A stretch of 64,000 nt of DNA from Planctomycetota bacterium (GTDB lineage Bacteria > Planctomycetota > GCA-002687715 > CAIWVZ01). The stretch spans positions 288,001 through 352,000 of the forward strand of contig JBGANV010000002.1 of NCBI GenBank assembly GCA_044222185.1. The letters are read 5' to 3'. How positions within the stretch are numbered: the stretch's first letter is position 1; the number at the start of each line of letters is the position of its first letter. The position numbers and the translations under genes were made by a program. Below the pieces are notes generated by a model. That model did not search any database, was not told the DNA's origin, and saw nothing but the letters and a program-made list of their open reading frames with translations. Shown here one piece after another: positions 50,704 to 59,894 of this stretch.

Positions 50704-50877
50704 TTCCGGGAACGCGCGCATCTCGCGTCCCTCCGTGGGAGCTGCCTCGGCCTGACCTCGTTCGGCCGGGACGGAACATTTGGGAGTCGCCCACCGGGAG
50801 AGTCGCTGCGCTCGGCGCCGTCGCGCGCGAGATCAGCGGCGCATCGCCCGCACGGCCGCAACCGGGACCACGGGGCT

Positions 50878-51717
50878 TCACCCAGGCTTGGTCTCAGTTG
50901 GGATCGCGGCGAGACGGGTGAACGTTCCCGCCTCGTCGACGCTGCCGAACGCGGGCGGTGGGCCCTCGAGCAAGGCGACCCAGTCGGCGGACTCGATCCG
51001 GACGACGTCGATCGACTGGCCGACCTTCGCGGCGAACTCCGCGGTGCCCTGCGCGTCGCGATGGGTGACCGCCACCAAGCGGCGCGTGCGACTCGAGAAG
51101 TCGAGCTCGCGGGCTGCGGCGATGCAGTGCTCACACCCGGGATCGAACACGAACACGTAGGCGTTCGACACTCCCGCGATCCGCACACGATGTTCGACAC
51201 CCGTCGGCGGTGCGCCTGACGCGCAGACCCACGCGACGACGGCGACCACGATGGCACCCGCGGCACTCGTGTGGACGAGCCCGGAGCGGCTCCACTCGCT
51301 GCCGGTCGACAGTCGATGCCAGCGCGCGACGAGCGCGACCGCCAGCAACTCCAACGTCGCGACGACTCCGAGCCATTTCGGCACCGCGGCCCACGCGCCG
51401 AAGCATCCACAACTCGAGCCTCGTGCCCACATCACGAGATGGTGAACGCCCAGGCCCGCAGCGAGGCCGATGGCGCCGCGTGCTCCGACACGGTTTCGGA
51501 CGAACAGCGCGAAGACGCAGGCCAGGGCGTCGACCGCCACGACGATCCCGCCCAGGAGGCGTGCGGGCACGTCGATCCCGTACCCGCTGCGAATCGCATC
51601 GTGAATCTCGGCAGCGGCGACGTGTGGAGCTGCAACCTTGGCGACGAGCGCCACGGCGAAGATCGCGGCCCCGACGAGGCCCGCTGCGGCGATGGCCCTG
51701 GCTCCGTTGATCGTCAC
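50878..51717 (-). CDS. MauE/DoxX-like membrane protein fused to a thioredoxin-like CxxC domain
   Basis: Hydrophobic helices with the MauE-type SCGCFG motif, then FVFDPGCEHC. GTG start overlaps the upstream stop (GTGA). Confidence 0.75.
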   Translation of the reverse strand: MTINGARAIAAAGLVGAAIFAVALVAKVAAPHVAAAEIHDAIRSGYGIDVPARLLGGIVVAVDALACVFALFVRNRVGARGAIGLAAGLGVHHLVMWARGSSCGCFGAWAAVPKWLGVVATLELLAVALVARWHRLSTGSEWSRSGLVHTSAAGAIVVAVVAWVCASGAPPTGVEHRVRIAGVSNAYVFVFDPGCEHCIAAARELDFSSRTRRLVAVTHRDAQGTAEFAAKVGQSIDVVRIESADWVALLEGPPPAFGSVDEAGTFTRLAAIPTETKPG

Positions 51718-52871
51718 GCCGCCGCTCCAGCAGCCTGCCGGCGGCGACGCGCGACGACTCGGGGAACCGCGAACGCGCCCGCGCAGAGAGCGACAACCCC
51801 GAGGGCCCACGCCGCCATGGGGATGGCGTGCGTGTCGCGTCCGGCGCCGAGCTTGGGAGCGCAGGCCGCCAGTCGCTCGATCAGTTCGTCGCCGGAGGTG
51901 GTCCCGTCCGTCGCATAGGACGTCCTGCCCGTTCGACCGTCCAGGATCTTGGCGACGGCACCGAGCTCACGCGCCGGTTCGATGGCGAGCGTCGTGCCCG
52001 CGGGCAGCGGCGCGATGCTCGCCACGTCGACCTTCGACCGCAGCATCCCGAGCCGCGTCCGAAACGAGGCCGCCGTCGGCATCACGACGGGACCGAAGGT
52101 GCGGAAGTCCCCGAATTCGACGACGCGCGCCACTCCACCCTGGATGCCGCCGAGGATCGGAACCACGGGAAAGTCCGGCAGGAGGAGGTCGTTCGGCATG
52201 TTCTCTCCGCCCTCCTGAGGTGCCTTGCAGACGACCGGAGTCTCGAGGAACTCGACGGTCGTGAGTCGCAGTCCTCCGTCGATCCGCTCGAAGTGGCAGC
52301 GCCATCCGAGCAGGCCGGTGACGGCTCGACCGGCCATCGCGGCCTTCACGACCTCCTCGTGGAGTCCGAACAGGACGATCAGTCCCGTGGGCGTTCGCTC
52401 GGCGCTGACGATGGGCGTGCTCTGCACCTGGTCGATCCAGGGCGAGCGCCCGAACGGGCGGAGGTACGCCATCACGGGTGACGTGGACATCTCCACGAAC
52501 TCCTCGTGCGGACGGATGAGCGCGTCGCAGTAGCCTTCACGGCGAGTGTTGAAGATCTGGACGCCGTCGCGCCACGTCGTCACCTGCAGCGGGGTCGATC
52601 CATCCTGCAACGCGAGCTTGGCCCACCGCGCTGCCCCGGTGATCGGATTCCCCTGAACCTCCCACCGGCCGACCTCGTGGACGTTCGAGCCTCCCGCGGC
52701 CGCGGCTTCGCAGCGGTCACGCCATCCGACGTTCCAGGATGGCGCGAGATCGGCCTTCGCGGCCGCGAGCAGGAGAAGCCTCGCCTGCGCGACCGGCAGC
52801 GATTGCGCCGTGGCGCCGGCAGACAGCAGTACGGCCGTGATGACGATCCGAACGTTGTGTTGTCTCGACAT
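51714..52871 (-). CDS. Exported hypothetical protein with C-terminal TM anchor
   Basis: Signal peptide (…LLSAGATA-Q). C-terminal hydrophobic helix followed by RRRR. Tightly coupled to its neighbours. Confidence 0.7.
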   Translation of the reverse strand: MSRQHNVRIVITAVLLSAGATAQSLPVAQARLLLLAAAKADLAPSWNVGWRDRCEAAAAGGSNVHEVGRWEVQGNPITGAARWAKLALQDGSTPLQVTTWRDGVQIFNTRREGYCDALIRPHEEFVEMSTSPVMAYLRPFGRSPWIDQVQSTPIVSAERTPTGLIVLFGLHEEVVKAAMAGRAVTGLLGWRCHFERIDGGLRLTTVEFLETPVVCKAPQEGGENMPNDLLLPDFPVVPILGGIQGGVARVVEFGDFRTFGPVVMPTAASFRTRLGMLRSKVDVASIAPLPAGTTLAIEPARELGAVAKILDGRTGRTSYATDGTTSGDELIERLAACAPKLGAGRDTHAIPMAAWALGVVALCAGAFAVPRVVARRRRQAAGAAA

Positions 52872-52885
52872 GACACTCTCCCCGC

Positions 52886-54520
52886 TCACTGCGGTTCCGC
52901 GACGAATGGGACGGCGAACCGTGTCGGCGAACTGGCCTTCACCTTCACGTCGAAATGGATCTCGCCGACCCCCGACTTCGCCACCCATGCGTCAGGGGCA
53001 GCGATCGAGTACTTCCTGGTCCTCCCCGTGACGTCGTTCGCGTTCACGACGACCCCCTGGCCATCGGCCGATACCGCGACGATCTCGGCCCCCTCGGGAA
53101 CGTCCACCGTGAACTCGCCCGACCAGCCGTGGTCGACCGTTCTCGCGAGGCGAACCACGTCCGGCGTCACGCCGAGTGGCTGAACGACGTTCCAGCGCAC
53201 GACGGTGTCGAGGCTCGTCTGCCCGACGTATGCCGTGATCGCCGCCGACCCAGGTCCAAGTCCGAACGGCTTCACCACGACCTCGGCCATCGTCGCCGTC
53301 GGAAGTTCGGCGACGGGGATTTCCGTCCTTCCATCCGTTCGGATGACCAGCGTCCCGGCACGCTCGACGACCCACGAGATCGGTCCGATCGTCGCCGACG
53401 GCCCCGCCAGGGCGCGTGCACCGTCCGTGAAATGGAGCAGGACCTTCCGCGACGACTCGACGCCAGGCGGGATGTCTCCGAGGTCGATGCTGCCTGCGAG
53501 TTCGAGGCCCTGCACGCGGGCGGCCGGCAGATGAACGGTCACCGTCGTGAGCTTCCCGTCGTCCTGCCGGAAGAACACCAGGATCGTCCGGGGCGTGTTC
53601 GCGACCTCGACATCGAGCGTGCAGACGCGTCGCTCGCCTGGTTCGAGCGGCTTGTCCGTGTGAAAGACGTAGGACGCGCACGTGCAGGACGCGAGCACGC
53701 GGTCGAACTTCACCGGCGACGGGGACTCGTTGACGACCGTGATGTCGTACTTCTGCCGTCCGATGAGCTTGGTGTCGACGGTGATGTCGAGGCCTGGCTC
53801 GAAGCGGAGACCACCGGTGTGTCCCGGCCGGCAGCCACCGAGTGCGACCGTCACCGCGGCGACCGCTGCCACGACTGCCGGACGAAGGCGGAGGTGGCGG
53901 AACTGCCACGCGAGTCCGAGGGCTCCCATCGCGAGGAGGGCAAGCGAGATCCCGCGGCCCCAGGTCATGCGTGGTGGGACTTCGCACAGCAGCATGGCGG
54001 GCAGCAGGTCACCTTTGAACTTCGGCCAGTACGATCCACCGGCGAACATCGGCGGATCGAAGTAGTCGACGCGGTCTCCCCCCGTTCCTCGAATCACGAG
54101 GAAGTGGGCCGGGTTGTCTCCACCGGCGGGGTGTCGGCGGGCGACGATCGCGATCTGATCCGCGGATGGAGCCTCGATGGGCCGCGCCGTCGCGCGAACT
54201 CCGTGCTGGCCCAGAACGCGCTGGATGTCGGCCATCGAGCAAAGGCCCGAAGCGCCGATCCCGAGTTCCTTCTTCAACTCGTCGAAGCCTGGAGAGGCAA
54301 CGTTCAGCAAGGACAGCGCGACGCCGGCGGAATAGGCGCCGCAGTCCTGCTCGAGAACGGCGCCGCGCGGGGTGGCGGTCTCCTGGCCCAAGCCAGCGAC
54401 GACGACTAGCGCGAGAGCGAGCGCCGACCGGAGCGAGATGCACGCGAGCCATCCGTCCTCTCGCATGGCGCGGCGTGCACGAGCAATCTGAGGGGTCGAT
54501 GTTGAGAACATGGGGTTCAC
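52886..54520 (-). CDS. Exported C39-family cysteine peptidase domain fused to DUF1573/Ig-like domains
   Basis: Signal-like N-terminus. EQDCG (Cys), SMADI, AHFLVI (His), YFDPP (Asp). Two hydrophobic segments ending LGGC, then VVNES..ASCTCA..LEPGE (DUF1573-like). Start 54520, 54511 or 54466. Confidence 0.75.
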   Translation of the reverse strand: MNPMFSTSTPQIARARRAMREDGWLACISLRSALALALVVVAGLGQETATPRGAVLEQDCGAYSAGVALSLLNVASPGFDELKKELGIGASGLCSMADIQRVLGQHGVRATARPIEAPSADQIAIVARRHPAGGDNPAHFLVIRGTGGDRVDYFDPPMFAGGSYWPKFKGDLLPAMLLCEVPPRMTWGRGISLALLAMGALGLAWQFRHLRLRPAVVAAVAAVTVALGGCRPGHTGGLRFEPGLDITVDTKLIGRQKYDITVVNESPSPVKFDRVLASCTCASYVFHTDKPLEPGERRVCTLDVEVANTPRTILVFFRQDDGKLTTVTVHLPAARVQGLELAGSIDLGDIPPGVESSRKVLLHFTDGARALAGPSATIGPISWVVERAGTLVIRTDGRTEIPVAELPTATMAEVVVKPFGLGPGSAAITAYVGQTSLDTVVRWNVVQPLGVTPDVVRLARTVDHGWSGEFTVDVPEGAEIVAVSADGQGVVVNANDVTGRTRKYSIAAPDAWVAKSGVGEIHFDVKVKASSPTRFAVPFVAEPQ

Positions 54521-54557
54521 CTCGCATGAGTCCCGAAGAGCACCGCGTCCACCCGTC

Positions 54558-56930
54558 TCAGGGCGACGTCTGGAGCACGCAGCGCACCGCCGCGGGCCAC
54601 GTCGCCTGGATGGTTCGTGCCGCCGGCATCAGCCAGCGCGACGCGAGATCGAGCGATCGAACGGGCCATCGGCCGATGCGGTCAACGAGAAGGCGGCACT
54701 GCGCAGTCGCCGTTACACCTTCGGGGGCGAGATCGTGAGTGTCGCGAGCCGGCACGGCCCGGAGGCCCGACGGCCCGCTCCTCACCTCGCGAACGTCGAG
54801 CGTCGGACCGCCGACGCAGACGAGGACCGGCATCACGGGATGGCAGCCCAGCAGGAGCGAGTCGCCCGTTCGGAGGACGGGCGCCAACATCACCCCGCAA
54901 TCGAGGTCGTAGGCCGCCAAGACCAGCTCGTGCTCGAGGAGCGGTCCGTCGAGCTGGACCCGCTGTTGCGCGCTGCTTTCCGGAAGTTGCCAATCGCCAC
55001 GCGTGGGTAGCTCAGAGCCTGGAACGAAGAGCGCGGTGGAACCGCAGCGCAGGCGAAGTCCCTGGCCCCCGCATCGGCGGACTCGCAAGGTCCCCGATGG
55101 ATCCGTCCGGACGACCGCCTCGTGAAACGCGACCGCAGGTACGACCGACACGACGACGTCGCAGGATGCGAGGGGCGCTCCACCGTGGCCCCTGATGGTG
55201 ATCTCGAGAGCCGGGCCCGCATCTCCGCCGACCCGGCCCAGGTCGACGACGGCGTCCGTCTCGACGTTCACCTTGCGAGACCAGAGGCTCCCATCGTCGA
55301 AGCGCGCCGCGACGACGTACTCACCCGGCGTGAGAGCGTCGAAGCGGAACGCCGTTCGGGGCTCCACACGGCGCTCCCTGTGCATCGTCGACCACGCATC
55401 CGCGGTGGGAATCACCGCGACGACACCGGACGCCCCGGCAACTCCGCAGACGCTGCCCGCACCGACGTCGTCGAGCGAGATCTGCGCCGTCTCTCCGTCT
55501 CGGACGACGAGTCGGCGGGAGACGCCCAGGCCATCCACGACCAGGGTGTAGGTGCCCGGCGGAAGCCAGTATTCGCGCGCATTCCCATCGATGCGATTCG
55601 CCGCTGCGACGGCCCCATACCTCGTTTCCAGGAGGGCGAGGCGGCGTGACTCCAATCGTGACGGGTCCGCGCTCGTGACGCGAACGCGCCCGCCGAAGTC
55701 ACCGAGCTCGATGGCGCGCGGCGCAGCGGACGCGAGCGCACCGACCTGGAAGGGTCGACTCACGCCTTGGAATCCAAAGAATCGGACGGGATCCGTGGGA
55801 TCGGGCCGGCGGCCGAGCACGACCGTGACGAGGCCATCGCCGTCCGTCCGCGCCTTCACCAGCTCCGCGCCGATCGACGCCTGGACGATTCCGTGGGAGA
55901 TCGACTGCGCCCCCGTGACGAGTCGAGCGCGCAGCGCTTCGATCGCGCCGAATTCCAGGAATGCGACGCGACCCTCGTCGGCGTCCGTCGGTGTCGCGTT
56001 CGCGCGGATCACGGCAGCGCCGTTCATGCGGACGGCACCCGTGATCGTCCGAGTCTCGGGGTCCTGGACCTCGAGCATTCCCATCCCGAACCTCAGGTCG
56101 ACGGGGCCGCGGCCCACGGACACCGAATCGGCTTGGATGTCGACATCGGTGAGCGTCGTGTGCTCGAAGCTCGCCAAGGCTGGAACGCTGACCGTCACGG
56201 CAAGGACGCGCGTCGCCTGGATTCGGATCAGCAGGTCCGTCTCACCGGGCGTCACACGCTCGCGGACGCGCACGATCCCATCCCGAGTCGCCTCGACGAA
56301 TGCGGAATCGAACGAACGGACGCCCTCGTACCGGAACGCGCCCTGCGCGTCCGCGGTCGTTGGATACATCCGGTCGGACGTGACGAGCGCGATCCGGGCC
56401 CCACCCGCGGGAGCACCGGCGGCGTCGACGACTCGGCCGGCGACGGACGTCGACCCCTTCAGCCCGACGACGACGCGATTCTGCCCGCAGTCGAGCGACA
56501 GATTCCGTTCCGCATCGGCGTAGCGGTGATGACGCACGACGAGCCGCACGCAATCGTCGACGCGCTCGACGTCGAGTCGCGCCCGGCCGGCTCCGTCGGT
56601 GAGCGCGATCGGTGGCGCGGATGGGGGATTCGAGAAGCTCGCAACGACGGTGGCTCCTTCGATCGGGTCGAGGGTCGATTCGTCGCGGACGACGACGTCG
56701 ATCGACCCGCTACCGGGGCCAGCGAACGGTCGCGGGCGCACGGATGCCGCGGTCGGGTGTCTCCACGTGTCCGTCGCGCTCGCAAGGTCGCCGAGCGCAG
56801 CGGACGGAGACGGGAGGTCGGTCCGCGTCGGCGCCGACCCGGTGTCGTCCATCACGGCGGCCGTCGCCAGGAGCGTTGCAACGAGTGCCGCGGCCGGGAG
56901 CCACGTCACCGCGCGAGGTCGTTTCGTCAT
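54558..56930 (-). CDS. Exported carboxypeptidase-regulatory-like repeat protein
   Basis: GGAGG RBS, N-terminal hydrophobic segment, VRDE..PIEGATV..TDGAG and VAGRVVDAAGAPAGGARI motifs. Confidence 0.7.
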   Translation of the reverse strand: MTKRPRAVTWLPAAALVATLLATAAVMDDTGSAPTRTDLPSPSAALGDLASATDTWRHPTAASVRPRPFAGPGSGSIDVVVRDESTLDPIEGATVVASFSNPPSAPPIALTDGAGRARLDVERVDDCVRLVVRHHRYADAERNLSLDCGQNRVVVGLKGSTSVAGRVVDAAGAPAGGARIALVTSDRMYPTTADAQGAFRYEGVRSFDSAFVEATRDGIVRVRERVTPGETDLLIRIQATRVLAVTVSVPALASFEHTTLTDVDIQADSVSVGRGPVDLRFGMGMLEVQDPETRTITGAVRMNGAAVIRANATPTDADEGRVAFLEFGAIEALRARLVTGAQSISHGIVQASIGAELVKARTDGDGLVTVVLGRRPDPTDPVRFFGFQGVSRPFQVGALASAAPRAIELGDFGGRVRVTSADPSRLESRRLALLETRYGAVAAANRIDGNAREYWLPPGTYTLVVDGLGVSRRLVVRDGETAQISLDDVGAGSVCGVAGASGVVAVIPTADAWSTMHRERRVEPRTAFRFDALTPGEYVVAARFDDGSLWSRKVNVETDAVVDLGRVGGDAGPALEITIRGHGGAPLASCDVVVSVVPAVAFHEAVVRTDPSGTLRVRRCGGQGLRLRCGSTALFVPGSELPTRGDWQLPESSAQQRVQLDGPLLEHELVLAAYDLDCGVMLAPVLRTGDSLLLGCHPVMPVLVCVGGPTLDVREVRSGPSGLRAVPARDTHDLAPEGVTATAQCRLLVDRIGRWPVRSLDLASRWLMPAARTIQATWPAAVRCVLQTSP

Positions 56931-57030
56931 GTTCCCCTCCTGGGCCGCGGGGAGCGACGCGTCGCGGGTCACCGGCGCATCGCCCACCGCCGACGTCGAG
57001 GACGGACGCCCCGATCGAGCCGTCACGAGT

Positions 57031-57549
57031 TCAGCCGCAGCTGAAGGCCGCACACGGCATGGTCGCGTTCGGGACGGGAACGCACGCCGCGCCGATGCAG
57101 AGGTGCGTCGTCTTGCCGGGTGCGCACGTGACTCCGGAGTCCGTCGCGGTGATCGTGCAGCTCCCCTGCCCGGCCGTTCCGCAGTCCAGGATCGTCGCGT
57201 TCGGGTCACACGAGCTCGGCTCGTTCGAGGTGGTGCAGAACTTCACGTACTTCTCGTTGTTGCAACCACTCGATGGACACGTCTGCTGCGTGTAGGGGCA
57301 CGGTCCGCACGAACGCGTGTTCTTGTTGCAGTACGAGCCGCGCTGCATCCAGGACGTGCAGCTCTCGTTGCCTGGCCAGCACTGCTTGTACACGAGCGTC
57401 AAGCCGCCTCCGGCGACCTGCCCGCCGATGATCCCGCCGAGCGACAGACCGTCCTTCGAATCCGGGCCGCTCTCCGGTGCGCCATTCATCAGGCCAAGAA
57501 CGCCCGAAATGACCAACGCCGCACTCGCGACGAACTTGATGGAATTCAT
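57031..57549 (-). CDS. Secreted cysteine-rich small protein (putative precursor peptide, 172 aa, 16 Cys)
   Basis: GGAGG RBS, signal peptide MNSIKFVASAALVISGVLGLMNG, Gly-rich segment ending QVAGGG, then a domain with 16 cysteines. Confidence 0.8.
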   Translation of the reverse strand: MNSIKFVASAALVISGVLGLMNGAPESGPDSKDGLSLGGIIGGQVAGGGLTLVYKQCWPGNESCTSWMQRGSYCNKNTRSCGPCPYTQQTCPSSGCNNEKYVKFCTTSNEPSSCDPNATILDCGTAGQGSCTITATDSGVTCAPGKTTHLCIGAACVPVPNATMPCAAFSCG

Positions 57550-57981
57550 GTGATCCTCCGCACGTGAGCCGCCGGACTGAATGGATGGACGGCGAGCGGG
57601 CGTCCCGCCATGCACGTTGGCTCAGCGGCGGCGTTGGCGGCCCGTCGATGCACGCACGTCCCGACACCGAGGCCCACGCCGACCATCGGCGTCTGTGCTC
57701 GGGTCGTCTGTAGAGGCGTCGAAGCACGTCGGGCGTTACTGCGGAACCATCGTCGGTGTCTCGAATCCTCGACACGGCCGCCCGGCCGCGCCAAAGGGAT
57801 GCTGAGCTCGATCCCACGGTCCGAAGAGTCGCGATCGAGTGGCCCGACGCGCAGTTGCGCGTCGCGATCGGTCACCCGGCGAGAGATCGTCCGCGTGGTC
57901 GACACCGTGGTTCGGCGAGCTCCGTCCGAGCCGGCTCGAAGCGGGCGCAGTGCCGGCGCCGGCCGCGCAGCGCAACGCTCC

Positions 57982-58908
57982 CTATTTCGAGAACTTGTTG
58001 GCCTTGCGATTGCCGAGTCGAAGCTTGTCCTCGAGATGCGAGCGAAGCGCGGCGTAGAAGTCTCGCAGGAAGCGATCGACGTCGACCTTGCGCGGGTCGC
58101 CATCCCAGCGAATGCGCTGCTGGATGCGCTCGGCGACGGCTCGGCGCGTCACCTGGGCGTCGACGGCATCGTCACGGCGCAGGACCTGTTCGAGCACCTG
58201 AAGCTCGTACTCGCCGTAGATCGCCAGCTGCGGGGGCGTGAACTCGTATCGCGCCGCGGTCGCCGCCTTCCGTGTCGCCCGACTCAGGTCCGCAAGCAAC
58301 GTCGCCTTCGGAGCGAGGACCACGCGCGTCCCACCCACCAGATCGCCGATGCGGAGCCGGTCCCGGTTGAAGATCGGCAAGCCCATGAAGATGAGGAGCC
58401 AGACCAGGGCGGCGAATCGCAACCACCCTGGCACCCCGGGGAAGAACGTGCTCGACCCGAACGTGAGAGCGAGCGGGAGGACCACCTCCACGTTTCGAAC
58501 GAGGTTGCGGGCGAAGATCGCCTCCGACAGCAGTTGGCCGCCGCGCGCATCGATCACCCGCAGACCGAGCATGCGCTTGCCCGGCGTCCGGCCCTGCCAG
58601 CGGATCTCGAACCACGGAAAGTAGGCGTTGATCAACAGGAACACGCCCAGGGTTGCGACGGTCATTCCCACCTCGCCCGAGGCCATCGCCGACGCCACCG
58701 CGAGCGTCACCACGAGAACGAGCGCGAGAACGATGATCACGGCATCCACGAGGAACGCCGCCGCCCGCTCGCCCGCGGACGCCAGAGTCACGCAGATCGG
58801 TACACCCTCGGGCGTGATGATCTCGCGCATTCGCAACGCGCGTGCGAATTCACCGACGCTCGCCCCGGGGATCAAGTGCGGCCCGTGGCCGGCGGCGACG
58901 GGCCTCAC
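57982..58908 (-). CDS. RDD family membrane protein
   Basis: TPEGV..LASAGERAAAFLVD, GRTPGKRMLGLRVID and RIGDLVGGT motifs. GTG start overlaps the upstream stop. Confidence 0.88.
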   Translation of the reverse strand: MRPVAAGHGPHLIPGASVGEFARALRMREIITPEGVPICVTLASAGERAAAFLVDAVIIVLALVLVVTLAVASAMASGEVGMTVATLGVFLLINAYFPWFEIRWQGRTPGKRMLGLRVIDARGGQLLSEAIFARNLVRNVEVVLPLALTFGSSTFFPGVPGWLRFAALVWLLIFMGLPIFNRDRLRIGDLVGGTRVVLAPKATLLADLSRATRKAATAARYEFTPPQLAIYGEYELQVLEQVLRRDDAVDAQVTRRAVAERIQQRIRWDGDPRKVDVDRFLRDFYAALRSHLEDKLRLGNRKANKFSK

Positions 58909-59894
58909 GCGGCCCTCCGCATGGGCCGTACGCCCAGGTAGAGGTACCACGCACAGGCGAACGCGAGCGCGACGGTCCATCGCACGGACGTGCTGGTGAC
59001 GGCCCCGCGAAACACGCCCTCCATCACGCCTGCGATCAGGAACATGACCATGGCTCCCGTCGCCACGCGGCCGGCTTCACGGCCGGCGACGAGCAGATTG
59101 TCGACCCGACTCATCCGGCCTGGAAACACCAACGCCTGACCGAGGACGAGTCCCGCGCCGCCACACAGGATGATCGCCAGGATCTCCGTGACCCCGTGAG
59201 GCAAAACCCATCCCCAGAACTCCACGCTCAGGCCGCGCGACATGAAGAGTGCGCCAAACGCCCCGAGCATGAGCCCATTCGTGAACATCAGGTACAGCGT
59301 GATGATTCCCCCCGCGAAGCCCAGCGCGAACGACCAGATCCCGATCTGCGCGTTGTGCGTGAAGAGCATGGTGGCGAATCCGCCGCTCGCCGACGCCTGG
59401 AAGAGCGTCGACCGCAGCGTCTCGGTCGACGCCGTCGGATCGCGACCCGAGGCGAGGTCGGCATCCACGAACGAGTAGAACCACTCGGGATCGCGTGCCG
59501 TCAGCACCCAACTCGTCAACCCACCGATGAGGAAGAGGCTCCAGGCCAGAAGCATGTGGTTTCGGTAGCGCCGAACGGCGGAGGGGAATCCCCACCGGAC
59601 GAACTCGCCCACGACGGCGAACGGATGGCGGCGAGTTCCATACACGCAGAAGTATGCCCGAAGCGTGAGCGCTTCCAGGTACTCGACCAGGTTGCGGTCC
59701 AGGGAGATCGCGCGCGCGAGGCTGAGGGACGACACGGCCTGACGGTAGAGGCGCGGCAGGTCGGAGAGATCCTCCGGTGCGAGGCCGCGGACGTTCCGCG
59801 AGCGCTCCGCGCGTTGCACGAGCTCTTCCAGCCGTTGCCAGGACGCCTGACGCTCGTGTCGGAATTGGAAGCTCTTCAGTCCCGCGTCGTCCAT
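58905..59894 (-). CDS. Stage II sporulation protein M (DUF95)-like membrane protein
   Basis: WQRLE..LYR, LFTHN, NGLMLG, LPHGVTE and IAGVMEG motifs. Standard member of MoxR operons. Confidence 0.88.
   Translation of the reverse strand: MDDAGLKSFQFRHERQASWQRLEELVQRAERSRNVRGLAPEDLSDLPRLYRQAVSSLSLARAISLDRNLVEYLEALTLRAYFCVYGTRRHPFAVVGEFVRWGFPSAVRRYRNHMLLAWSLFLIGGLTSWVLTARDPEWFYSFVDADLASGRDPTASTETLRSTLFQASASGGFATMLFTHNAQIGIWSFALGFAGGIITLYLMFTNGLMLGAFGALFMSRGLSVEFWGWVLPHGVTEILAIILCGGAGLVLGQALVFPGRMSRVDNLLVAGREAGRVATGAMVMFLIAGVMEGVFRGAVTSTSVRWTVALAFACAWYLYLGVRPMRRAA

Noticed and set aside
57031-57549. Cys-rich protein as a multiheme cytochrome, ferredoxin or lanthipeptide/ranthipeptide precursor
   Set aside because: It has no CxxCH or ferredoxin spacing, no LanB/C/M, YcaO or radical SAM gene is nearby, and the Sec-type signal favours disulfides.
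58905-59894. Sporulation function for the SpoIIM-like gene
   Set aside because: This family is a routine membrane component of MoxR/DUF58 operons in non-sporulating bacteria.
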